From: a virus
Strand: one strand, 5' to 3'
Length of the DNA: 64,000 bases
IMG/VR virus record: IMGVR_UViG_3300028388_006015
Location: 1 to 64,000 of that record
Below, in pieces: positions 1-8,629 of this stretch (position 1 is the stretch's first letter; every line of letters starts with the position of its first letter). The notes under the pieces are model-generated. The model worked only from the letters and a program-made list of their open reading frames with translations. It was not told the origin of the DNA and searched no databases. A program made the translations under genes and the position numbers.

Positions 1-526
1 TTCGCGGGGGGTGTGGTGCTGGATGGGAGCGGTGCCTCAATCGATACACCAAATAGAGTCCTGCCAAATGGGTTTACTGTAGGTTGTATAGTAAGCGTAG
101 AAGGGTTTTTTACGCAAAGTGCAGCGCAATTGTGGTATGAAACGTCAAATAATACTATATCTTTAGAAAATAGTAAATTATTTTTGAGGCTCGGAGGAGT
201 TAATTACAATTTTTCCCACACATTTGAAACAAACACACCTTATTTAATCGTATTAACTAGAGATGATGCTGACCTTGTATCACTATATGTTAATGGGAAT
301 TTTGTAAGCTCCCAGACCATTTCTGGGGATTTTGTTTACAATGTTTTTGGGGCGAGATTGACATTTATCACACTCACTGGTTCTGTAAGGGATTTGTTCG
401 ATGTCAACTTTGCCCTTTCCGCAGCAGAGATTACCGAGTTGCACACCAACGGCCTCCGCGCCTTCATCGCCGCGCATCCTGAGTACCAGTGGGGAAAACC
501 AGATTTGATTACTAATGGTGATTTCA
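1..526 (+). CDS. Partial LamG/concanavalin-like beta-sandwich protein (phage fibre-type), truncated at both ends; apparently foreign to the rest of the window
   Basis: Frame open from base 1 (FAGGVVLDG...). LamG-like motifs PYLIVLTRD..VSLYVNG and NFALSAAEITELH, then LITNGDFS. Beyond ~526 the 13..888 ORF reads as the antisense of a minus-strand gene. Confidence 0.65.
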
Positions 527-702
527 GTGATTTCAAGACCAACTGTCTTGAGTGCATCTACAAGCTCATCCATGCGATCGTACACTTCGCGTTCTTTGCG
601 ATCGAGTATGCGATTGTACTCTTGATGTGCTTTGATGATCTGTTCGCTGTGCGCCATTCTGATCTGACGCTTTTGAGAGAAGTACTGTCGTGCAAGTTTC
701 AT
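283..702 (-). CDS. Hypothetical phage protein; only the N-terminal ~58 codons (527-702) look native
   Basis: ATG after an A-rich leader; helical charged N-terminus; the C-terminal part is the antisense of the LamG fragment. Confidence 0.5.
   Translation of the reverse strand: MKLARQYFSQKRQIRMAHSEQIIKAHQEYNRILDRKEREVYDRMDELVDALKTVGLEITEITISNQIWFSPLVLRMRGDEGAEAVGVQLGNLCCGKGKVDIEQIPYRTSECDKCQSRPKNIVNKIPRNGLGAYKIPINI
518..535. repeat. 9-bp tandem repeat GTGATTTCA x2 at the junction of two head-on reading frames
   Basis: Read directly: ...aatg gtgatttca gtgatttca agacc. Confidence 0.85.
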
Positions 703-858
703 TTCTTCAAGTTTTTGTTGTGTGTTAATTGCATTATAAAGATCTCAACTTATTCTCCCATATGCAACTATTTTCAAAGATTTCTTTTAACGTTTTATGC
801 ATGCTTATACGTGGTATGCTTTGCAGGATACGAGGATTCTAGAAATAATACTGTTATG

Positions 859-1632
859 CTAATTAACAATATTGATCTCATTGCATAACTGTTTCCACGT
901 TAAACCATTTCTGTCTCGGAATACAGAGTATGGAAGACGTCCTTTATGATGAAGAAATTGTGGAACAAAATCTTTGACGTTACTCTTAGTGATCCATTTA
1001 AGTTCACACAACGTTTGTTGAAGTTCGTGACCTTTACTTGCATGATCATACCCTAACAACTCGGCCAACATCAAACAACTTAATTTCGGCCTGTTGTCGC
1101 TATTATACTTTTCAGCGATCTTTGCGTTCTGATTTTTGGAACCTTGTATTGAAGAAGCTTGAATGCCAATACGTTTTTGCAGTTTTTTTCGGCGATATTG
1201 GTGTTTCAAGCTTTTTCTTTGCGATGACAGATTCCTTCTCAATTCACAAAACGCAATCCTCGCTTCAAGATGGTTTATATATGCAAAATGAATCTTAAAG
1301 ATTAAAAACGAGCCTTTCCTCTTTGATAAACTATTCCATTTCAGATCGTAAAAAAAACAAGCAAATAACTTATCGTAGCTACATAGCTGATAATAAGATC
1401 CGTGATCTATTAACCAACCTAACTGTACAAGTTTGCTTATATATCTGCGAATAGACGAATTGCTATAACGAGTGATACTTCTCAACTGCGTAACAATTGT
1501 GCCCTTAACAAGACGGCCTTCAGTATTAACAGTCTTACAGCGGTACCAAAACATCAAAGGCTTTTCAACACCTTGAATGCGCGCCTTACGATAGATGCCT
1601 TGTGGAACCTTGAAGTATCGTTGTTTATTCAT
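859..1632 (-). CDS. Basic winged-helix/HTH DNA-binding protein (regulator or replication-initiator-like)
   Basis: 257 aa, K/R-rich, with two HTH-like segments (YSNSSIRRYISKLVQLGWL; LSCLMLAELLGY...LCELKWI). Confidence 0.5.
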   Translation of the reverse strand: MNKQRYFKVPQGIYRKARIQGVEKPLMFWYRCKTVNTEGRLVKGTIVTQLRSITRYSNSSIRRYISKLVQLGWLIDHGSYYQLCSYDKLFACFFYDLKWNSLSKRKGSFLIFKIHFAYINHLEARIAFCELRRNLSSQRKSLKHQYRRKKLQKRIGIQASSIQGSKNQNAKIAEKYNSDNRPKLSCLMLAELLGYDHASKGHELQQTLCELKWITKSNVKDFVPQFLHHKGRLPYSVFRDRNGLTWKQLCNEINIVN

Positions 1633-1638
1633 GCAATA

Positions 1639-1992
1639 CTATCTACTTATATACGTCATCCATGAATAATCGCTACTGTAATATCGCGACAGTATCGGCA
1701 ATCTATCAATAGACTGAACAAATGCAGAATATCGCTGTGCATAGTTGCTTCCAATGATATCGTCTTGTGTTTGTACATTAGGAAGGGCCTGTATTTGCGT
1801 ATACAACAATTTTGTAATATCACGACCAATAACTTCAATGTATGGCGTGTTAGAGTCGTTGCAGTTGAACTCAGTATACGCAAATACGCAATTGTCTATA
1901 ACAACAACGTTATATCCCAACAATGTTAATAACAGACCTCCTCGATCGAGCTGATCTTTAGTTAATAAATTAAACGTATCGGACTTCTTCAT
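1639..1992 (-). CDS. Hypothetical protein
   Basis: 117-aa ORF, ATGA-coupled to the upstream gene. Confidence 0.6.
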   Translation of the reverse strand: MKKSDTFNLLTKDQLDRGGLLLTLLGYNVVVIDNCVFAYTEFNCNDSNTPYIEVIGRDITKLLYTQIQALPNVQTQDDIIGSNYAQRYSAFVQSIDRLPILSRYYSSDYSWMTYISR

Positions 1993-2333
1993 ACATCAAA
2001 CATGTTTTGTGCTTTACTTAAATGTCTTTTCTTCTCGTGAATAAATTTTTTCGCATGTTGTGCAGAGCGTTGACGAAGCATCGCTTCACGCTGCTGTGGT
2101 GATGCCATAGTAAATTTACCTAACGACAAAGAGTGAAGATCAACATCGCCATAGTTAACGAGCTCAAGGTTGTCACTACAGCACTCTGTACAAATAATAC
2201 GGTGCTTTTTATTAGGAAAACCTCGCTTGTAGTAATAAGCGATACGACCTTGTTGATCTGTCATAGATACATTGTCACAATAATCGTTAGGATGACCACA
2301 ATCACCACATTCGAAAAACTTACAGTTCGCCAT
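1989..2333 (-). CDS. Zinc-ribbon protein (FmdB-like)
   Basis: CGDC ... CTEC cysteine pairs; start placed at MANCKFF just after the RuvC stop. Confidence 0.55.
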   Translation of the reverse strand: MANCKFFECGDCGHPNDYCDNVSMTDQQGRIAYYYKRGFPNKKHRIICTECCSDNLELVNYGDVDLHSLSLGKFTMASPQQREAMLRQRSAQHAKKFIHEKKRHLSKAQNMFDV

Positions 2334-2335
2334 AT

Positions 2336-2785
2336 TTATTGTTTTTGTTGTGCTAATTCTAGAATCCACAATGCATCTGCCTCATTATCGTCGTTACCAC
2401 AATAGTTGAATGTTTTAAATGCTGCATCAATCATACTCTGTTTATTCGCATTACCATTGCCTGTTGCAAATTTTTTAACTTCTTTGGCAGAGACCTGCTT
2501 GAACGTAATGTTGTGAAGTGCACAGAATCTTTGAATGCATGCAATAATTTTCGCATGATGAATAATTGCATTTTTATGACGTCCTGAAGGTCTTTCTGCA
2601 ACAATTATATCAAAAGTGCATAATTGATGCATATCGTATAGCCATCGTTCAACTTGTAGTAACTTTTTCCCCATTCGATGAGGATCTTTTGCATTGTGCT
2701 TTAACTTTAATACTCCATAATAATCCTCACTTACTGCCCATCCAAGTTTTGTAGCGGGATCTATTGCCAGAATGCAATTTGCCAT
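2336..2785 (-). CDS. ruvC: Holliday junction resolvase, RuvC-like
   Basis: ILAIDPATKLGWA, IVAERP, VKKFATGNGNANK, DDNEADALWI: RuvC catalytic pattern. Confidence 0.9.
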   Translation of the reverse strand: MANCILAIDPATKLGWAVSEDYYGVLKLKHNAKDPHRMGKKLLQVERWLYDMHQLCTFDIIVAERPSGRHKNAIIHHAKIIACIQRFCALHNITFKQVSAKEVKKFATGNGNANKQSMIDAAFKTFNYCGNDDNEADALWILELAQQKQ

Positions 2786-2836
2786 GTTTTTTTGTGACAA
2801 ACAATACTCAAAGTATTTTTACAGAAAAACAGGCAA

Positions 2837-4669
2837 TTATTGAATAGTAGAGTAGTTATTATGCTTTTTCACTGTGACTATATTATTAAAAATATCTTGT
2901 GTACTTGCGTGAGTTACAACACAAATAGTGCGTTCAAGATTTTGCAAACTTTTTAACAACACAGTAACACCGAGCTCATCAAGTGAATTAATAACCTCAT
3001 CCATGAATAACAGATTAAGACCTCCATTATTCTCACACGACATATTGATAAGTTGTTGACGAGCAAGTAAGGCACAAATATTCATACGTACACGTTCCCC
3101 TTCACTAAATTTGCTATGTTTGCCTTTCTCCACTCCACTACGTAACACCTTGACACTTATCTTCTCACGAGTCTTTCCTGATTTCGTTTGTGAATATCCA
3201 TCAAGAGTAATGCGTAAATCCGTATCGAGCTGTTGTAAATAGCGATTGGTAAATGTCTCAAAAACTTTAAGACTCTTACGCACAAGATATGCCTGAAATT
3301 TCTTGAATAAAATTTCATATGCTTGATACTTACCAAGCACATCTTGTTTGCGATCTTCCTTATTAACAATGTCATCGAGATTACCTGTAAGTTCAGCAAT
3401 ACGCGCTTCGTATGGAGCTACATCGAATGCTTTATCAGAGGATTGAGCTTGTTGAAGTTGATGAATTGTGTTATTAAGCTTTTCTCTACGTTGTGTTAGT
3501 GATGTTTGCTGCTCACTTAATTGACGCATACGTTGATGTGCACGTTTAATTTTATCGGCAATGACATTATAGCGATCTTTACTGCTTTTATGCTTATCTT
3601 GTACCTTCTGAACACTTTTTTTGGCCCAATCAGCTTCTTGTTGTGCATCTCTCTTTAGTAATAGTGATTGTTCAAGTTGTTCTGTTAATTGATCAAGTGG
3701 TTTATCTGTAGATAGGCTAAATTTGTGATTACAACTGGGACATGTTGCGGTTGTTTTTAAAGAGGACTGTAATTGAGAGATTGACGCGTTGATCTTAACG
3801 AGCTCCTGTGAGCACGAATGTTGATATGTTCTTAATTCCTCTACTTTCTCAGACACCTTGTCTACGCTACTTTGCAACTCATCACGCTCTTTTGAATATT
3901 GATCAATTGTAGTGTTGCCAATTTTCAATCTATTGACCGTATCTTGAAGCTGTTCTGATAACTGCTGTATCTCTTGTGTATACTTGTCAATCTTCTGAGA
4001 TATCTCGTCCTTCTTATCATCCTGATTTTCGTTTCGTGCAATTATCTGCTTATTCTCATCAATACATCCTTGTATGTGTGATTTTTGTATACGTAATTGT
4101 GCAAGATCTTTCTCGATGTCTTTTTTTCTTTGAGATATCTCTTCGAAAAGTACATCAATAACATCTGCCTTAGAAAAACGCATTATAAGTTCACGCTTCG
4201 CACTTTCCGTTGTAGAAAAGAATGGTGTGTACTTAGATTTACTGACAAGAAAGCAATCAAAAAGGTCTTTACGGGAAATATTGAGTTGACGTTCGATTGT
4301 GTTTGCTGCTTCATTTGCACTAACAGGTTCATCGTTGATATATACAGATGCAGATTTACCTCTTGTAAGTTCTCTGCGAATCATCAATGCCTGTTCTGTA
4401 ACAGAATTGGCAAGAATCATTTCTACAGATGCAGTGTCATGCAATTCGTGAATGAGCTCTTCGTTATTGCAATCACGCACGTACGTTCCTGTTAACGCAA
4501 ATGCAATTGCATCAAGTAAGCCTGATTTACCTGATCCATTACTTTTCTGTCCTTGATCGTCTTCATTCTGACCAACAACAATTGCTGTTGTGTTATTATC
4601 GAATGTGAAGGTCTCTTCCTGTCCATACGATAGAAAATGACTTAGAGTTATAGAGATAGGGTACCACAT
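2837..4669 (-). CDS. SbcC/Rad50/gp46-like SMC ATPase
   Basis: Walker A SNGSGKS, long coiled coil with CPSC zinc hook, signature FSEGER, Walker B LFMDE, VTH. Confidence 0.93.
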   Translation of the reverse strand: MWYPISITLSHFLSYGQEETFTFDNNTTAIVVGQNEDDQGQKSNGSGKSGLLDAIAFALTGTYVRDCNNEELIHELHDTASVEMILANSVTEQALMIRRELTRGKSASVYINDEPVSANEAANTIERQLNISRKDLFDCFLVSKSKYTPFFSTTESAKRELIMRFSKADVIDVLFEEISQRKKDIEKDLAQLRIQKSHIQGCIDENKQIIARNENQDDKKDEISQKIDKYTQEIQQLSEQLQDTVNRLKIGNTTIDQYSKERDELQSSVDKVSEKVEELRTYQHSCSQELVKINASISQLQSSLKTTATCPSCNHKFSLSTDKPLDQLTEQLEQSLLLKRDAQQEADWAKKSVQKVQDKHKSSKDRYNVIADKIKRAHQRMRQLSEQQTSLTQRREKLNNTIHQLQQAQSSDKAFDVAPYEARIAELTGNLDDIVNKEDRKQDVLGKYQAYEILFKKFQAYLVRKSLKVFETFTNRYLQQLDTDLRITLDGYSQTKSGKTREKISVKVLRSGVEKGKHSKFSEGERVRMNICALLARQQLINMSCENNGGLNLLFMDEVINSLDELGVTVLLKSLQNLERTICVVTHASTQDIFNNIVTVKKHNNYSTIQ

Positions 4670-4677
4670 ATTATTGT

Positions 4678-5655
4678 TTATTCTTCTTCAAAATAAAATG
4701 CAACAACTTGTTCGCGAATTAAATCAAAAAACTCCTCATTACTACGTAAAAACTCAGCCATATTTTCTTTGCCCTGTGCAAGTTTGCCGTCTTCATATGA
4801 ATACCACGAACCTGTTTTATGTAAAATACCACACTCTACTGCAAAATCGCGCATTTCTGCATACAGATCAATACCTTGTCCGTAACGAATTTCAAACAAT
4901 GCAATACGTCCAGGAGGAGCTACTTTATTCTTTTTGAACTTTACTTTGGTTGGAGTGGCTATTTCATTCTTCTCCTTATCTTTAATTGCACTTCCACCTC
5001 TTCGCACTTCAAGACGTTGAGATGCATAGAACTTGAGAGCATTGCCACCGGTAGTTGTTTCAGGATTTCCAAACATTACACCGATCTTTTCACGAATCTG
5101 ATTAATAAAGATCACTGTAACATTCTTATGCTTTATCTTGGCTGTTAGCTTACGCATTGCTTGGGACATGAGACGTGCCTGTAATCCCATTTTTGAATCA
5201 CCCATTTCACCAGATAATTCTGCCTGTGGCGTTAACGCAGCAACACTATCAACAACAACAATTCCTACATCACCAGAATCAACAAGCATTTCGACAATAT
5301 CAAGAGCCTCTTCGCCGCTACTGGGCTGAGATAATAAAAAGCGATCTTCAACAATACCCAACGCTTCAGCATATGTGCGATCGAATGCATTTTCAGCATC
5401 AACAAACCCAACATTCAATCCTGCTTTTTGTGCTTCAACACATACGTGAATTGCAATTGTTGTTTTGCCTGAAGATTCTGGACCGTAAATCTCAACAATA
5501 CGGCCACGAGGAACTCCTCCTACTCCTGATGCGATATCAAGAGCGAGTGATCCAAAAGAAATTACCTCTATGTTTTGTGGTGATGCGTCGAGTTTCATAA
5601 TAGCGCCTTTGCCATATTTCGATTCAACGTTTAAAATTAACTTATCTAGTGACAT
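4678..5655 (-). CDS. recA: Recombinase RecA
   Basis: [68 protein letters not shown]. Confidence 0.98.
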   Translation of the reverse strand: MSLDKLILNVESKYGKGAIMKLDASPQNIEVISFGSLALDIASGVGGVPRGRIVEIYGPESSGKTTIAIHVCVEAQKAGLNVGFVDAENAFDRTYAEALGIVEDRFLLSQPSSGEEALDIVEMLVDSGDVGIVVVDSVAALTPQAELSGEMGDSKMGLQARLMSQAMRKLTAKIKHKNVTVIFINQIREKIGVMFGNPETTTGGNALKFYASQRLEVRRGGSAIKDKEKNEIATPTKVKFKKNKVAPPGRIALFEIRYGQGIDLYAEMRDFAVECGILHKTGSWYSYEDGKLAQGKENMAEFLRSNEEFFDLIREQVVAFYFEEE

Positions 5656-6690
5656 CTACAGTTGTTTTAGTAGGTTTTTTAATAAATCATCGAATTCAAC
5701 ATCATACAGTTTACAAAACTCTGCAAATTCTGCTTTTATTTTAGATGCATCAAATGCAACCATTTGTTGACGCGCCTCTTCCTCAGGAATTATTTCTTCA
5801 TCATATGCGATTTTAAAACCATTGTCTTTCAATGATGAAGTGTCGACTTTGGCAAACTTATGGCGAGATCCAACAAAATGAAATTTGACGTAATCGTCAC
5901 TGTTATTATATTTATCCATAATGTGTTTGACCTCACTCTCATCCGTATCTTCGAGATTAATTGTTACGTTGAGGTATTGAGGAAAATTGCACGTCTCATA
6001 CTCAAACGTACCATCGTTATACAATACCACAATACCTTTATCTCCATCTTCGCCAAAATTATGAGGCATTGTACTGCCAAAATAGTGAATCTTACTACTG
6101 AGATCGTGCTTGTTATGATAATGTCCAACCAATACGCGATCAAACTGATTAAGATCGTCTTTACTTATACCGTTACTTACTTGAGAGCCGTCATTGTTAA
6201 CTGCACCATCAACAGCAATATGTGTTATAAGAACATTTTTATGATCACTACTAATGTTGTCAATCGCCTTAAATAATAGATCGTTATATAACGTACCTTC
6301 TAATATGAATGGCACAAAATGATAACGAGTATTACCAATAGTTAAAAAACCTGGCTCTCGATACAATAAAAAATTTGGCCAATACATAAATGGATCGAGA
6401 TACGAGTCAAGGCTGCTGTAATTGTATTTATCGTGATTGCCTGGAATGGCAACAAGCTTCAATTCGTAATTCAAGCACACATTAACCAAAATATCACGAA
6501 ACGCGCATAACAGCTCTTGTGTTTGAGACTTACGACTTTCAAAAATATCACCAGCATGAAAGAGATACTCAACATCATAACGTTGTGCAATTTCACATGC
6601 CTGTTGATATACAGACTTGTTAAGTTCAATGTTGTTAGGCTTTAAGTGAGTATCTGTAATAAGTACTGCAGTTGCCTGTCTTTTCTTCAT
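5656..6690 (-). CDS. SbcD/Mre11/gp47-like metallophosphoesterase nuclease
   Basis: DTH, GDIFE, PGNHD, LITH, GHYH motifs. Start moved to MKKRQ because the upstream extension overlaps a terminator. Confidence 0.92.
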   Translation of the reverse strand: MKKRQATAVLITDTHLKPNNIELNKSVYQQACEIAQRYDVEYLFHAGDIFESRKSQTQELLCAFRDILVNVCLNYELKLVAIPGNHDKYNYSSLDSYLDPFMYWPNFLLYREPGFLTIGNTRYHFVPFILEGTLYNDLLFKAIDNISSDHKNVLITHIAVDGAVNNDGSQVSNGISKDDLNQFDRVLVGHYHNKHDLSSKIHYFGSTMPHNFGEDGDKGIVVLYNDGTFEYETCNFPQYLNVTINLEDTDESEVKHIMDKYNNSDDYVKFHFVGSRHKFAKVDTSSLKDNGFKIAYDEEIIPEEEARQQMVAFDASKIKAEFAEFCKLYDVEFDDLLKNLLKQL

Positions 6691-6717
6691 GAAGATTGGA
6701 TTATAACTTATTGTTAG

Positions 6718-6755
6718 AAACGCAGGTGCGCAACAAAAAACATCACACACCTGCG
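6718..6755 (-). terminator. Rho-independent terminator after the SSB-like gene
   Basis: CGCAGGTG...CACCTGCG stem extended by G-U pairs, followed by TTTCT on the minus strand. Confidence 0.7.
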
Positions 6756-6768
6756 AAACACAGTTTGA

Positions 6769-8016
6769 TTAAATGTCAAGAGACGGACGCTTCTTGCCTC
6801 CAGATTTTTTAGGCTGTTCTTCAACCTCTTCTTCTTCCTCTTCGTCCTCGATTTCCTCTTCCTCCTCTATAGGCTGATCAATTTCTATTTCCTCCTCTTC
6901 CTCCTCCTCTTCGATATCGTCATCTTCGGCATTCATTTCTTCGCGAATGAGATTACGCAAATCGTCATCGCTATACTTCTTGAGTACGCGAATATTGAGA
7001 TTGTTGTGTTTGATGAACACTTTGAGTTCTGTGCGATTCATCTCATCGTACTTGTCACCAGTTTCCTCCTCTTCATCCATTTCCTCTTCTTCTTGATCGT
7101 CCGCAACAGGATACAGGTCACTAAGGAATGCGATCATTTCGAGAAAACCTTCATCTTCAAACACGCCATATCCGTGCTTTTCGTCAAAAAGGCGAAGGCC
7201 CTGTACTGCCATTTCAAAATCACTGGACGTATACTTATTAACGTAGATGTTTTCAAGGGGCTCAACACTATCCATCTCTTCAAGTTGCTTGTCGGGCAAT
7301 GGTAGTGGACGAGGGTAGTTTTTATTGCCAAGAATAGCGAACGAGCAACGATATCTATCTTTAGGCTGCACACCTTGACCGTTGTCGTATTTGATTGTAA
7401 TAGGTACTCCTTCGTCAATATCTGTAAATGGCTCAGTTCCAATAGCCCCCTCTCCACTTGCAAGAACATTCATATCATCCTTTACGGTCGTTTTCAGTTC
7501 GAGGCGGTCGAGACTGCCGAATTCAATGCCTTTGTCGGTTTCACGAATATCCCATGCATAAACAATCCATGTCGTATTGGGACGAATGCCACCAACAAAA
7601 CTATTGCTTGTGCGATATCCATAAATGTGCTTCAGATACGCGTAGCGCTCTTTTTTGTCAGAATACAATGATTGCGCGATCTTGTTGGCTACTTTGATAT
7701 ATTCATCAACAATGTCGTGACGATTGTGCTCTGAATGAATGCGCGCATCAAAAACTGGTTTGCGAATAATCTTTTTCTCGCCTTGCTTGTCACCGTCAAC
7801 TTCCATAGGAAGATAACTGCGACTGAATGGATACCAGAATGCAAGAGTGTCTGGATGTGCAGGAGCAATGCGGAAATGGTTCGCACCAGGTTTTACTGTA
7901 TGAAATCCGCCTCGGCGTGATTTCGAGCCACTAACTGCTTCAGTTTCTTGCTCTTGATTGGCAATAACTTCCACTTTAGTCGCTTTGTACTTTTGACGAT
8001 AATCGTCTCTGTTCAT
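6769..8016 (-). CDS. Single-stranded DNA-binding protein (gp32-like) with acidic tail and an internal HeH-like motif
   Basis: GFHTVKPGANHFRIAP N-terminus; very long E/D tracts; sits in the recombination cluster. Confidence 0.65.
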   Translation of the reverse strand: MNRDDYRQKYKATKVEVIANQEQETEAVSGSKSRRGGFHTVKPGANHFRIAPAHPDTLAFWYPFSRSYLPMEVDGDKQGEKKIIRKPVFDARIHSEHNRHDIVDEYIKVANKIAQSLYSDKKERYAYLKHIYGYRTSNSFVGGIRPNTTWIVYAWDIRETDKGIEFGSLDRLELKTTVKDDMNVLASGEGAIGTEPFTDIDEGVPITIKYDNGQGVQPKDRYRCSFAILGNKNYPRPLPLPDKQLEEMDSVEPLENIYVNKYTSSDFEMAVQGLRLFDEKHGYGVFEDEGFLEMIAFLSDLYPVADDQEEEEMDEEEETGDKYDEMNRTELKVFIKHNNLNIRVLKKYSDDDLRNLIREEMNAEDDDIEEEEEEEEIEIDQPIEEEEEIEDEEEEEEVEEQPKKSGGKKRPSLDI

Positions 8017-8023
8017 AACGAAA

Positions 8024-8584
8024 TTATTTAATTAGTTTATCAGAAGATGTAATAAGCATTTGGTTTATAACGCCCTCAATAATTTGAGACTCCATCTCGA
8101 TAGGCGTTAATTTATCTGACATCTTGTTGAGCTTGTCATCTTTAGATTTAACAGCCCAAAAAATAGACTCAATAACGGCAAACTCGTACTGTTTACGCGT
8201 TAGTGTCTTTTCAGACAATATGATACCTTGATCTATACGAATCTCATCTGCAAGGTGTTTTTCAAGATATGTCGCTCTAACCCCTTCGCCCAAAGCCTTT
8301 GCTCGTAGTCTCTTACGAGTCTCAGCAATTAGAATATCGTGCTCAAGAGCAAAATCTTTAAGGTCTTTTTCTGCTTGGGCCTTGAGTATTCCAATGCGAT
8401 TAAGAAGTGTTGATATGGTAAGAATTTCACCAACAATATTTTCGTGATGAATTGTTGTAAGGTCATCAACATCAATATCAGTATCGAATTCGCTAATATT
8501 AATGCATATGACTTTATTGGGAAGAAAACTCAAATGAATCGTATCTTGATCTCCAACAGTTGAGACAGTCACATTTCTTGGCAT
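8024..8584 (-). CDS. UvsY-like recombination mediator (putative)
   Basis: All-helical 186-aa protein ending in IFWAVKSKDDKL; lies between polymerase and SSB. Confidence 0.45.
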   Translation of the reverse strand: MPRNVTVSTVGDQDTIHLSFLPNKVICINISEFDTDIDVDDLTTIHHENIVGEILTISTLLNRIGILKAQAEKDLKDFALEHDILIAETRKRLRAKALGEGVRATYLEKHLADEIRIDQGIILSEKTLTRKQYEFAVIESIFWAVKSKDDKLNKMSDKLTPIEMESQIIEGVINQMLITSSDKLIK

Positions 8585-8629
8585 GATGTTTTATTTTTTG
8601 TGAATGTAAATATCAAAATATCTTTTCAC

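Noticed and set aside
13-888. 291-aa plus-strand ORF as one real protein
   Set aside because: After ~526 it is the antisense of a minus-strand gene and an intergenic region; only the LamG part is protein-like.
6780-7100. (TCT/TCC)n low-complexity tract as a DNA repeat element
   Set aside because: It simply encodes the poly-Glu acidic tail of the SSB-like protein.
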